Assembly (NCBI GenBank): GCA_049971295.1 | Contig: JBMFLH010000033.1 | Coordinates: 1-19,364 of the forward strand | Direction: 5' to 3' | DNA from: Candidatus Ratteibacteria bacterium | GTDB lineage: Bacteria; Ratteibacteria; UBA8468; B48-G9; DTJG01 | Length of the DNA stretch: 19,364 bases | Shown: piece after piece, positions 8,229-17,284 of the stretch | Numbering within the stretch: the first letter of the stretch is position 1 | How the letters are laid out: every line of letters starts with the position of its first letter | Notes under the pieces: generated by a model | The model's input: only the letters and a program-made list of their open reading frames with translations | What the model was told of the DNA's origin: nothing | Database searches by the model: none | Program-made: the position numbers and the translations under genes

Positions 8229-8585
8229 CTATTCAACCAGTATTTTTTCACCAGTTCTGTATCGCAGTCCATTACATAAGGAATACCGGATATCTCTAAT
8301 GCCTGTTTTGTAAGCGCCACTATATCCTGCCGTGGAATATATTTCAGTCATTGGTTCAGCAGAGACGAAAATTTGCTCAATTGTAGTTTTGTACTTTTTG
8401 TATTCCTCTGGTATTTTACCTTTTTTTACAAGGTCCCAAACTGTTTTTGCTGCCATTACTGCAACAAAAATTGCGCGTTCAATACAACCATCAAGACATG
8501 TTACACATAACCCTGATAGCGGTGAGGGATGAACACGATTACGTGTACCTGTGGATGCACTGGTATTTGGTTTACTATAAGACAT
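8229..8585 (-). pseudogene. Internally deleted remnant of an FMN-binding glutamate synthase family gene
   Basis: The N-terminus MSYSKPNTSASTGTRNR..SGLCVTCLDGC resembles the start of this roughly 500+ aa family as I recall it. It is joined directly to a near-C-terminal segment (RAIFVAVMAAKT...GKIPEEYKKYKTTIEQIF). The family's terminal motif LKYIPRQDIVALTKQALEISGIPYVMDCDTELVKK lies in a shifted frame. The central FMN barrel is absent. Strong SD GGGAGGAG. Confidence 0.72.
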
Positions 8586-8613
8586 TTTCTCCTCCCAATT
8601 GAAATTGTTGTTT

Positions 8614-8655
8614 AAAATAAAAAAGTCCTTTCCGGCATTCTACGCCGAAAAGGAC
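8614..8655 (-). terminator. Intrinsic terminator (attenuator) in the leader of the nitrogen cluster
   Basis: Minus strand GTCCTTTTCGGC-gtagaat-GCCGGAAAGGAC (12-bp stem with one G-U pair) followed by TTTTTTATTTT. Its 5' arm shares GTCC with ANTAR hairpin P2. Confidence 0.88.
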
Positions 8656-8688
8656 CTCATTGTCCATCCCGCGCACGACTTCATGCGC
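8652..8688 (-). promoter_or_regulatory. ANTAR-responsive dual stem-loop RNA element (P1/P2)
   Basis: P1 GCGCAT-GAAGTC-GTGCGC (8688..8671), 5-nt linker GGGAT, P2 GGAC-AATGAG-GTCC (8665..8652). Both are hexaloops with G at position 4, and P2 overlaps the terminator stem. Confidence 0.88.
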
Positions 8689-8705
8689 AAATCAAATTTA
8701 CAAAA

Positions 8706-8733
8706 ATATTACCACAAAATTTTTATCTGTCAA
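8706..8733 (-). promoter_or_regulatory. Sigma70 promoter for the ANTAR-attenuated transcript
   Basis: TTGACA (8733..8728), 16 nt, TAATAT (8711..8706) with an extended TG (TGGTAATAT), 17 nt upstream of P1. Confidence 0.65.
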
Positions 8734-8736
8734 ATT

Positions 8737-9432
8737 TTACATCAAATCCGAGGCAAGAATAATGGCTTCAGCTATTTCCTTCATTGTCTTGCGCTTATCC
8801 ATGCTGAACTTTCTGATTTTCCTGTATGCCTCTTCTTCAGAAAGGTTTTCTTTTTTCATCAAAATCCCTTTTGCTCTTTCCACAAGCTTTCTCGTTTCAA
8901 GTTCTTCCTGAATCACCTTACTTTTCACCAGTAATTCTGCATTTTCAATTGCCATTGCCGCCTGATTTGCAATTGTGGTCAGGATTTTTATTTCTGTTTC
9001 TGTAAAATCATGCGGTTTCGAGGTGTAGCAATTGATAACACCAATGACCCGATTTTTTATGGCAAGCGGCACACATAACAGAGAACAGAGCCCTTCTTTT
9101 ATGGCCGTGTCCCTGTATTTATATTCTTCTTCCTTTGTAACATCTTTAACAACAATGGGCCTGTTTTCCTTTACAACCTTTCCAGCAATACCTTCGCCTA
9201 TACTCAACGGTGGCTTCTTATTATATTCTTCACTGACGCTCTGGGTTGCCCTGATATGTAGTTTTTTGGTTTTTTCATCAAGCAAAAGTATGGAGCAAAT
9301 GTTGGAACCCATCAATTCCGCAGTCACAAGTACTATGAGCTTGAGAATGTCCTCGAGGTAAAAGTCAGATGTAATTGCCTTGCTGATTTTCGTCAAGGCT
9401 TCAATCTGTTCCTGAAGGGTTTTTCCTTCCAT
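8737..9432 (-). CDS. GAF and ANTAR domain RNA-binding antiterminator
   Basis: N-terminal GAF (LEDILKLIV...GEGIAGKV...SLLCVPL...VIGVINCY...FTETEIKILTTIANQAAMAIENA) plus C-terminal ANTAR (LETRKLVERAKGILM...LSEEEAYRKIRKFSMDKRKTMKEIAEAII). Confidence 0.95.
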   Translation of the reverse strand: MEGKTLQEQIEALTKISKAITSDFYLEDILKLIVLVTAELMGSNICSILLLDEKTKKLHIRATQSVSEEYNKKPPLSIGEGIAGKVVKENRPIVVKDVTKEEEYKYRDTAIKEGLCSLLCVPLAIKNRVIGVINCYTSKPHDFTETEIKILTTIANQAAMAIENAELLVKSKVIQEELETRKLVERAKGILMKKENLSEEEAYRKIRKFSMDKRKTMKEIAEAIILASDLM

Positions 9433-9456
9433 GGGTGTTTTCCTTTTTTAATTTAG

Positions 9457-9485
9457 TTTATAGATTATTTTGAAATACCTGTCAA
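9457..9485 (-). promoter_or_regulatory. Candidate sigma70 promoter for the GAF-ANTAR gene
   Basis: TTGACA (9485..9480, overlapping the carB2 TGA), 17 nt, TATAAA (9462..9457), 24 nt before the ATG. Confidence 0.6.
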
Positions 9486-11044
9486 ATTTTCTGCATCATA
9501 TGGTATTGCTTAATATCCTTTACCTGTATTTTGCGTTCCCTTAATCTTTTCGTTGCAAGCAATGTTGCATGCGCTGCCCGCACTGTGGTGATCAAAGGGA
9601 TATTTCTATGTATTGCCATTGTTCTGATAGAAACAATATCTCTTTTTGGCCGGTTCCCTGTTGGGGTATTGATAATCATCTGAATTTGATTATTTTTTAT
9701 GTAGTCAATCACATTGGGTCTTACTGCTTCATGAAGTTTGCCAATAATTGTTACATCAAGCCCTTTTTCTGATAAAAATTTTCCGGTTCCAGCAGTTGTG
9801 ATAATTTTGAATCCAAGTTCAGCAAAACCCTTTGCGATAGGATAAATCATCCCTTTATGATTGTCCCGAACACTGATAAAAATATTTCCACTGAGCGGAA
9901 GATTCTGACCTGCTGCCAGCTGACTTTTCGCATACGCCATTTCAAAACTTTCGTCAATACCGATTACTTCACCAGTAGACCTCATTTCAGGCCCTAACAC
10001 AGCATCCACACCAGAAAATCTGTTGAACGGAAACACTGATTCCTTTACAGCAAAATAATTGAGACGAATTTCTTTTTCAAAATGCAATTTTTTTAAGCTC
10101 ATGCCCAGCATGATTTTTGTTGCAATCTTTGCAAGGGGAACGCCTGTAACCTTACTTACAAACGGCACAGTTCTTGAAGCACGTGGATTTACCTCAAGGA
10201 TGTAAACATTATCATCCTTCACAGCAAATTGAATGTTCAACAGTCCCACAACATTCAGAGACAGGGCAAGTTTTTTTGTCGCCTGCTTTATTTCGTTGAC
10301 TACCTTTTCCTTCAAACTGTAAGGTGGAAGCACCATCGCACTATCTCCAGAATGTATTCCTGCCTGTTCTACATGTTCCATCACTCCACCGATCACGCAT
10401 GTTTTTCCATCACATATTGCATCGACATCCACTTCAGCAGCATCCTCAAGAAATTTGTCTATTAAAACAGGATGTTCTGGAGAGACCTCAATGGCTTTTT
10501 CCATAAACTCCTGAAGCATGCTATCGTCATAAACAATCTGCATCGCTCTTCCACCCAGTACATATGATGGTCTTACAAGTACAGGATATTGAAGTTGGTG
10601 AGCAATCTTTAATGCATCTTTTTTATTCCTGGCTGTACCACTCGGTGGCTGCATAAGTCCGAGTTTGTCGAGGAGTTTTTTGAACTTTTTTCTATCCTCT
10701 GCAATATCGATTGCGTCAGGGTTTGTTCCAAGAATATTCACTTTTGCCTTTTTCAATGGGATCGCAAGTTTTAACGGGGTTTGCCCGCCAAACTGTAGTA
10801 TGACACCCAGAGGGTTTTCTTTTTCAATAATGTTCATCACATCCTCAAATATCAGAGGCTCAAAGTATAGCTTATCGGAAGTGTCGTAGTCTGTACTAAC
10901 AGTTTCAGGATTACAGTTTACCATGATACTTTCATAACCGACTTCTTTCAGGGCAAACGAAGCATGAACACAGCAATAATCAAACTCTATTCCCTGCCCT
11001 ATCCTGTTTGGTCCTGCGCCAAGTATTACGACCTTTTTATTCAT
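9482..11044 (-). CDS. carB: Carbamoyl-phosphate synthase large subunit, C-terminal half (CarB2: carbamate-phosphorylating ATP-grasp plus MGS-like allosteric domain)
   Basis: [91 protein letters not shown]. The ATG overlaps the carB1 TGA (ATGA). Confidence 0.93.
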   Translation of the reverse strand: MNKKVVILGAGPNRIGQGIEFDYCCVHASFALKEVGYESIMVNCNPETVSTDYDTSDKLYFEPLIFEDVMNIIEKENPLGVILQFGGQTPLKLAIPLKKAKVNILGTNPDAIDIAEDRKKFKKLLDKLGLMQPPSGTARNKKDALKIAHQLQYPVLVRPSYVLGGRAMQIVYDDSMLQEFMEKAIEVSPEHPVLIDKFLEDAAEVDVDAICDGKTCVIGGVMEHVEQAGIHSGDSAMVLPPYSLKEKVVNEIKQATKKLALSLNVVGLLNIQFAVKDDNVYILEVNPRASRTVPFVSKVTGVPLAKIATKIMLGMSLKKLHFEKEIRLNYFAVKESVFPFNRFSGVDAVLGPEMRSTGEVIGIDESFEMAYAKSQLAAGQNLPLSGNIFISVRDNHKGMIYPIAKGFAELGFKIITTAGTGKFLSEKGLDVTIIGKLHEAVRPNVIDYIKNNQIQMIINTPTGNRPKRDIVSIRTMAIHRNIPLITTVRAAHATLLATKRLRERKIQVKDIKQYHMMQKI

Positions 11045-12690
11045 GTGATTTTTATTACTTCTGGATGTTCGTAAGTGGAATAATAATAAGGGGTATAAGC
11101 AACAAATTCACCCGCACATGTGTCAACGCATTTGTAGTCAACGGTTATGTTGTATTTTTTTCTTAGATTTCGGATTTTTCTCTCACTACATCCCACAATT
11201 TTGGCAATATGACTATCTGAAAATCCAAATTCCTTTGCTTTTTTCATCGTTTCAAAATCAGGCATTTTTCCTTTTTGTTTTTCAATCGTTTTTTCAAAGT
11301 CAACGATTTCTTTGATGTTTGCAAGAAACCATCTGTCAATTTTTGTCAGATGATAAATTTCATCAATGGACCAATTCTGTTTTAGAGCTTGTTTAATATA
11401 GAAGACCCTTTTTGAATTTGGAATTCTCAATCCCTCATGAAGATCAAGAGTTAATGCAACATCTTCAAAACCCACAAAATTTTCTTCCATGCTTCTAAGC
11501 GCCTTCTGGAACGCTTCCTTGAAAGTCCTGCCGATTGCCATTACTTCGCCAACCGATTTCATTGAGGTGGTTAACACATCTGATGCACCTGGAAATTTTT
11601 CAAAATTAAACTTTGGGATTTTGACAACACAATAGTCAATGGCTGGTTCAAAACAGGCAGGCGTCTTTTTTGTGATATCATTTGGTATTTCATCAAGTGT
11701 ATAACCAATGGCAAGCTTGGTGGCAATTTTCGCAATCGGGAAGCCTGTTGCCTTTGAAGCAAGAGCTGAACTCCTTGAAACACGTGGATTCATTTCAATC
11801 ACAACCATTTCTCCATTTTCAGGATTTACTGCAAATTGAATGTTTGAACCGCCTGTTTCAACACCTATTTCTCTGATAATTGATATGGCGGCATTTCTCA
11901 TTTCTTGATATTCTTTATCGGTCAGGGTTTGAACAGGTGCAACAGTAATACTGTCTCCTGTATGAACTCCCATCGGATCAAAGTTCTCTATTGAACAGAT
12001 AATCACCACATTGTCCTTCAAATCTCTCATCACTTCTAATTCATACTCCTTCCATCCAAGAACTGATTGTTCCACAAGGATCTCTCCAACAAAACTTGCC
12101 TTTAATCCAACCTCTGCAAGTTCTTCAAACTCTTCAATGTTATAAGCAACAGAGCCACCAGTACCTCCAAGAGTATATGCAGGTCTTATGATAGCAGGAA
12201 ATCCAATTTCCTTTATCACCTCCATTGCTTCTTTCAAACTGCGGGCAATGCCGCTATCAGGCACTTTCAGTCCGATTTTTTTCATTGCTTGCTTGAAACA
12301 CTCTCTATCTTCTGCCTTTTTTATTGCCTGGTAGTTTGCGCCTATCATTTTCACATGATACTTTTGAAGAACTCCCATTTCATATAGTTTTGTGGCGAGA
12401 TTTAATGCGGTCTGTCCGCCAAGAGTCGGAAGCAAAGCATCGGGTTTTTCTTTTTCTATGATTTTTTCAAGGATTTCAGGGATAAGCGGCTCAAGATAAA
12501 TTTTATCAGCCATTTCCGGGTCTGTCATAATGGTCGCAGGATTACTGTTAACAAGAACCACTTTATAACCCTCTTCTTTCAATGCCTTACATGCCTGTGA
12601 ACCAGAATAATCAAATTCACACGCCTGTCCTATTACAATAGGGCCTGAACCTATGAGCAGAATTTTCTTAATGTCTGTTTTTTTCCCCAT
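11041..12690 (-). CDS. carB: Carbamoyl-phosphate synthase large subunit, N-terminal half (CarB1)
   Basis: [96 protein letters not shown]. Start taken as the ATG at 12690 (MGKKTDIKK) rather than 12732. Confidence 0.93.
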   Translation of the reverse strand: MGKKTDIKKILLIGSGPIVIGQACEFDYSGSQACKALKEEGYKVVLVNSNPATIMTDPEMADKIYLEPLIPEILEKIIEKEKPDALLPTLGGQTALNLATKLYEMGVLQKYHVKMIGANYQAIKKAEDRECFKQAMKKIGLKVPDSGIARSLKEAMEVIKEIGFPAIIRPAYTLGGTGGSVAYNIEEFEELAEVGLKASFVGEILVEQSVLGWKEYELEVMRDLKDNVVIICSIENFDPMGVHTGDSITVAPVQTLTDKEYQEMRNAAISIIREIGVETGGSNIQFAVNPENGEMVVIEMNPRVSRSSALASKATGFPIAKIATKLAIGYTLDEIPNDITKKTPACFEPAIDYCVVKIPKFNFEKFPGASDVLTTSMKSVGEVMAIGRTFKEAFQKALRSMEENFVGFEDVALTLDLHEGLRIPNSKRVFYIKQALKQNWSIDEIYHLTKIDRWFLANIKEIVDFEKTIEKQKGKMPDFETMKKAKEFGFSDSHIAKIVGCSERKIRNLRKKYNITVDYKCVDTCAGEFVAYTPYYYSTYEHPEVIKIT

Positions 12691-13759
12691 TCTCAAGCAT
12701 CCTATAAAATTTTTCAAACAGGTATCGGGCATCCCTGGGACCAGGTGAATCTTCTGGATGAAATTGAACGCTGAATACAGGAAGTTTCTTATGCTCTATA
12801 CCTTCAAGTGTCTGGTCATTCAGATTGATATGTGTAATTTCAACATTCGGGTCTTTGATTGAATTGATGTCAACGCAAAATCCATGATTCTGGACTGTTA
12901 TTGAAATTCTTCCTGTTTTCAAATCTTTTGTAGGATGGTTTGCTCCGTGGTGACCAAACTTTAATTTATATGTTTTTCCGCCAAAAACCTGGCCAAGGAT
13001 TTGTTGACCAAGACAAATTCCAAACACAGGATATTTTTCAACAAGATTTGAAACAGTTTTTATTACATATGTTAATGGCTCAGGATCTCCTGGTCCATTT
13101 GAAATTAAAATTCCATCGGGTTTTTCCTTATCTATTTCTTCATACGGCGCATTCGCTGGATACACAACCACTTTCAGATTTTTTTCTGCAAGTAATCTGA
13201 GAATGTTGTATTTTACACCGCAGTCAATCACAACAACCTTATATTTTCCCTGACTATTCCAGATATACGGTTGCCTTTTGATAACATCCTTTACTATATC
13301 CCTTCCAACAATAGAAAGAGATTTTCTTACCTTTTCGAGCATCTGTCTCTTGTCCTGACTTCCGACAAATATTCCGGCTTTCTGTGCGCCATGATCCCTG
13401 AGAAGTTCAGTGATTTTTCTTGTGTCAACCCCTTCAATTCCAGTAATTCCATTTTCCTTGAAAATCTGGTCAATGGATTTCTCTGCCCTCCAGTTTGAAT
13501 AGATTTTACTCTTTTCCCTGACAACAAATCCTTCAAGATGAATTTTGTATGATTCCACATCCTGGCTATTTATTCCATAGTTTCCTATCAGGGGATATGT
13601 CATGACGACGATTTGACCTTTATAGGATGGGTCATACAAAATTTCCTGGTACCCAGTCATACTCGTGTTAAAAATCAATTCACCAAATCGGTCAACCTGA
13701 CTGCCAAATGTTTCGCCGGTATATATTGTGCCATCTTCAATAACAAGATATCCCTTCAT
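12668..13759 (-). CDS. carA: Carbamoyl-phosphate synthase small (glutaminase) subunit
   Basis: [41 protein letters not shown] (catalytic Cys), [21 protein letters not shown]. Confidence 0.97.
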   Translation of the reverse strand: MKGYLVIEDGTIYTGETFGSQVDRFGELIFNTSMTGYQEILYDPSYKGQIVVMTYPLIGNYGINSQDVESYKIHLEGFVVREKSKIYSNWRAEKSIDQIFKENGITGIEGVDTRKITELLRDHGAQKAGIFVGSQDKRQMLEKVRKSLSIVGRDIVKDVIKRQPYIWNSQGKYKVVVIDCGVKYNILRLLAEKNLKVVVYPANAPYEEIDKEKPDGILISNGPGDPEPLTYVIKTVSNLVEKYPVFGICLGQQILGQVFGGKTYKLKFGHHGANHPTKDLKTGRISITVQNHGFCVDINSIKDPNVEITHINLNDQTLEGIEHKKLPVFSVQFHPEDSPGPRDARYLFEKFYRMLENGEKNRH

Positions 13760-13800
13760 TTTGTTCAGTTTCTATCAGTAGGTTAAACCTGTAATTCTCT

Positions 13801-16542
13801 TTATTTACCATTAACAACCCGAAAGCACTTTTCACATAGTTGAGGATGTTGTTTTGAAAAACCAACAGTTCTGTGGTGTATCCAGCACCTTGCGCACTTT
13901 GGCAGGTTTGTTTTCTCTGCTTTAACTTCCAGATCGTCTCCGTTTTCTATATACACTTCTGCTATCATCAAAAGATTGGGAAGATGCGGCTGGAAGCTTT
14001 CAAGAAATTCTCTATACTGCTGATTTGCCTTCACAAAGATTGTCGTCTCAAGACTGCTTCCAATTTTTCCCTGCGCTCTTTGCTGCTCAATTTGTTTCAG
14101 AACCAGTTTTCTGAACTCAAAAAATTTCAACCACCTCTCAAGCAAATTATTGTCAGGGGCTTTTGTTTCAGGCCAGTGTTCAAGAAACACGCTTTCTTGT
14201 TTTTTAAACGGAATAAAAGAATATGCCTCCTCACATGTGAAAGAAAGAACCGGTGCTAACATAATCACAAGTGATGAAAGTACCTGATAAAGCACCTGTT
14301 GAGCCGCTCGTCGTGTGCATGAATTTTTTCCGTGTGTGTACAACCTGTCCTTGAGGTAATCAAGATAAAACGAAGACATATCAATATTGCAGAAATCAAA
14401 AATTTCATTGATGCCCTTATGAAACAAGCATGCTTCATAATATCCTGTGACATCCTTGATCAATTGATTGAGCCTTGCAATTGCCCACCTATCAACCTCA
14501 AGAAGTTCACTTTCCTGAACCTGAACTTGCACATCATAATCAGAAATGTTTCCAAGGATAAACCTCATTGTATTGCGAAATGTTCTATAAACAATGACGA
14601 GATGGTCAATAATTTGTTGTGAAATTCTCATGTCCTGCTGGTAATTTTCACTTACTGCCCACAACCTCAAAATGTCAGCACCATATTGATTAATAATCTG
14701 CTCTGGAGTAATTACATTCCCAAGAGATTTTGACATTTTCCTTCCCTCAGCATCAACAACAAATCCATGTGTAAGCACTGTTTTGAAGGGAGCGTGTTTC
14801 TCAATGGCGCAGGAAGTGATCAGAGATGTTTGAAACCAACCCCTATGCTGGTCACTTCCTTCCAGATAAAGTTCAGCTGGCCATTTCAGTTGTGGGTCAT
14901 TTTTCAGTACAGCAAGGTGACTGACCCCGGAATCGAACCAGACATCAAGAATATCCTTTTCTTTCCTAAAAGGTCCTGCCTGATGACAATTGGGACAGAT
15001 GAAATTTTCTGGAAGCAATTCCTCAACTGATCTTTCAAACCAGACATCTGAACCAAATTTTTCTACCAGAGACGATATCCTGCTGATGGTTTCTTCGTTA
15101 CAGATTGCGGTTTCACATTTTTCACAGTAAAAAATTGGCAAAGCCACTCCCCACAATCTCTGTCTTGAAAGGCACCAGTCAGGTCTTAAAGTGACCATGC
15201 TTGATATCCTTGACTGCCCATCTTCTGGAATCCATTTTGTTTTTTGAATTTCACTCTGCAATAATTCTCTCAGGTTCTGATGGTCTATTTTCAAAAACCA
15301 TTGTTTTGTTGCCCTGAAAATCACTGATTTTTTACAACGCCAGCAGTGGGGATATGAATGCTGGTAATTTTCACTGTGCAGGATAATGTGCTTCTTACTT
15401 AAACTGTCAACGATGAGGGGGTCTGCTTCAAACACAAGCATTCCCTTCCATTCCGGAACTTCTTCGGTAAATCTTCCTCTTTCATCCACAGGAGAAATCA
15501 CTGGAAGATTGTACCTCAGCCCTGTTTGATAGTCCTCTTCGCCATGACCAGTGGCAGTGTGAACACAACCAGTTCCTTCTTCAGCAGAAACATAGTCAGC
15601 AAGTACCACAGGACTGTCTCTTTCCACAAACGGATGGCTGCATACCGTATGTTCAAGGTTTCTACCTTTGAATGTTGCGATTCTTTCGTATTTCCAGTTC
15701 AATTTCTCGCAAACAGTATCCACAAGAGTCGCAGCCAGGATAAAATGCCCTGCTTGTGTTTTGATAAGACAGTAGTCAAGTTCAGGATGAACAGCAATCG
15801 CAACATTTGCAGGAAGTGTCCATGGCGTTGTTGTCCAGATCAAGAAGAAACTATACTCAGGCAACTGTCCGGCTGAAAACCTTTTAACAGGAAATCTTAC
15901 ATACACTGATGGACTCGTTTCGTCCCAGTACTCCACTTCTGCTTCAGCAAGAGCGGTCTGACAGTGCCAGCACCAGTATATTGGCTTGAATCTTTGAATG
16001 ATGTATCCTCTGGTAAATAGTTTCCCAAAACTTTCAACAATCGTTTTTTCATACATGGGATTTAAGGTAAGATACGGTTTTCCCCAATCACCAAAAACGC
16101 CAAGTCGCTTAAATTCTTCCCTTTGAATTGCCATAAATTTCATTGCGTAATCATGCGCCTTTTTTCTGAAAGAAATAATGTCAACAGCGTTTTTGTCTTT
16201 CAATTTCATTTGCTGAAAAACCTGATGTTCAATTGGCATTCCATGACAGTCCCAGCCAGGAACAAAGGGTGAGAAGAATCCCTGTAATGATTTGAATTTT
16301 ACAACGGTATCCTTGAGAATTTTATTTAATGCTGTGCCGATGTGAATATGTCCATTGGCGTATGGAGGCCCGTCGTGAAGAATGAAACTCTGACTATTTT
16401 TATTCTTCTCAAGAATCTTCCTATAGATATCAAGATTTTTCCATTTTTCAAGTAATTGGGGCTCCCTTTTTGCAAGGTCTGCCTTCATGGGAAAGGCAGT
16501 CTTTGGAAGCAAAACTGTTTCAGAATAATTGGGCTTGTCCAT
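13801..16542 (-). CDS. ileS: Isoleucine--tRNA ligase (bacterial type 1)
   Basis: LHDGPPYANGHIHIGT, GWDCHGMPIE, WTTTPWTLPAN, GTGCVHTA, DWCLSRQR, LEGSDQHRGWFQ, KMSKS, and a C-terminal zinc finger CARCW...CEKC. Start taken as the ATG at 16542 (MDKPNY). Confidence 0.97.
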   Translation of the reverse strand: MDKPNYSETVLLPKTAFPMKADLAKREPQLLEKWKNLDIYRKILEKNKNSQSFILHDGPPYANGHIHIGTALNKILKDTVVKFKSLQGFFSPFVPGWDCHGMPIEHQVFQQMKLKDKNAVDIISFRKKAHDYAMKFMAIQREEFKRLGVFGDWGKPYLTLNPMYEKTIVESFGKLFTRGYIIQRFKPIYWCWHCQTALAEAEVEYWDETSPSVYVRFPVKRFSAGQLPEYSFFLIWTTTPWTLPANVAIAVHPELDYCLIKTQAGHFILAATLVDTVCEKLNWKYERIATFKGRNLEHTVCSHPFVERDSPVVLADYVSAEEGTGCVHTATGHGEEDYQTGLRYNLPVISPVDERGRFTEEVPEWKGMLVFEADPLIVDSLSKKHIILHSENYQHSYPHCWRCKKSVIFRATKQWFLKIDHQNLRELLQSEIQKTKWIPEDGQSRISSMVTLRPDWCLSRQRLWGVALPIFYCEKCETAICNEETISRISSLVEKFGSDVWFERSVEELLPENFICPNCHQAGPFRKEKDILDVWFDSGVSHLAVLKNDPQLKWPAELYLEGSDQHRGWFQTSLITSCAIEKHAPFKTVLTHGFVVDAEGRKMSKSLGNVITPEQIINQYGADILRLWAVSENYQQDMRISQQIIDHLVIVYRTFRNTMRFILGNISDYDVQVQVQESELLEVDRWAIARLNQLIKDVTGYYEACLFHKGINEIFDFCNIDMSSFYLDYLKDRLYTHGKNSCTRRAAQQVLYQVLSSLVIMLAPVLSFTCEEAYSFIPFKKQESVFLEHWPETKAPDNNLLERWLKFFEFRKLVLKQIEQQRAQGKIGSSLETTIFVKANQQYREFLESFQPHLPNLLMIAEVYIENGDDLEVKAEKTNLPKCARCWIHHRTVGFSKQHPQLCEKCFRVVNGK

Positions 16543-16543
16543 C

Positions 16544-17026
16544 TTATTTCTCACCTTTCAGTTTTTTTACCAGTATCGCAACCCTTTTTCCTAAATGCCT
16601 GCATTCTTTTAATACTTTTTCATCAGGAGCGCCAATCGCCACAGGTCCATAATGGCCTCCTTCAGTTGTTCCCTGAACAATCATTCCATGAATCAGCATC
16701 ATCTGAATAATGGATAGAATTGTTGTTTCGTTGCCACCCGCAATATTGGCAGAGGATGTAAATGCACCGCCCACTTTACCAATCATTTTTCCGTAAAATT
16801 TCACGGACTGGTCAAAAAGTTTTTTGATTTCCCATGCGAGTCCACCAAAATACGTTGGTGAACCAGCAATAATGCCGTCATAATTTAACAGTTCTTCAGG
16901 TTCTGTTTCTTCGACTTTTTTCACAACAGCTTCGACATTTTCTTCAAGGACTCCCTTTTGTATCTCCTGAGCCATCTTTTCAGTGTTGCCGGTTCTGGAA
17001 TAATAGACAATGAAAATTTTTGCCAT
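16544..17026 (-). CDS. Flavodoxin-like / WrbA-family NAD(P)H-dependent FMN protein
   Basis: YYSRTGNTEKMA phosphate loop, GSPTYFG, GKVGGAFTSS, GGNETT. SD GAGGT. Confidence 0.88.
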   Translation of the reverse strand: MAKIFIVYYSRTGNTEKMAQEIQKGVLEENVEAVVKKVEETEPEELLNYDGIIAGSPTYFGGLAWEIKKLFDQSVKFYGKMIGKVGGAFTSSANIAGGNETTILSIIQMMLIHGMIVQGTTEGGHYGPVAIGAPDEKVLKECRHLGKRVAILVKKLKGEK

Positions 17027-17060
17027 ATTTTACCTCAAGTCAATAAAAGCATTAACATAT

Positions 17061-17089
17061 ATTATACAATCAAAAAGCCCATGGATGAA
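17061..17089 (-). promoter_or_regulatory. Candidate promoter for the flavodoxin-ileS-carAB run
   Basis: Perfect TATAAT (17066..17061) with a weak -35 TTCATC 17 nt upstream. Confidence 0.4.
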
Positions 17090-17231
17090 ATATTTCTTAT
17101 AAAAGCAGGATAATTTCGTAATCATTTACCAGGGACATCACGAAAGGAGTTTTGCTTTTTGAAATCCATTGTGTAACAAAGGAAAAAGAAAAATTGGAAC
17201 TCAGCATTCTATCTTTGAAACTACATTGGTA

Positions 17232-17260
17232 TTGACAGATTTTTGAAATCCCATTAAATT
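17232..17260 (+). promoter_or_regulatory. Candidate sigma70 promoter for the epimerase/URO-D pair
   Basis: TTGACA (17232..17237), 17 nt, TAAATT (17255..17260); SD AGGAGG just before the ATG at 17285. Confidence 0.6.
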
Positions 17261-17284
17261 ATCTGTAAAAAAACAGGAGGATAT

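Noticed and set aside
8728..8741. TGTCAAATTTTACA near-palindrome resembling a GlnR/TnrA box over the -35
   Set aside because: The half-site spacing is 4 nt rather than 7, half of it is simply the TTGACA element, and no cognate regulator gene is in the window.
16330..16350. HIGT in place of HIGH in IleRS as a mupirocin-resistance sign
   Set aside because: This is a known tolerated variant. The enzyme has the type 1 C-terminal zinc finger and normal KMSKS, so there is no basis for a resistance claim.
783..16710. Many 60-170 aa plus-strand and alternate-frame ORFs in the track
   Set aside because: They are antisense or out-of-frame shadows of well-supported genes, with no recognisable motifs or SD sites.
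17027..17284. T-box or other riboswitch upstream of the flavodoxin-ileS run
   Set aside because: No T-box antiterminator motif or terminator hairpin is seen, and ileS starts 1 nt after the flavodoxin stop, leaving no leader.
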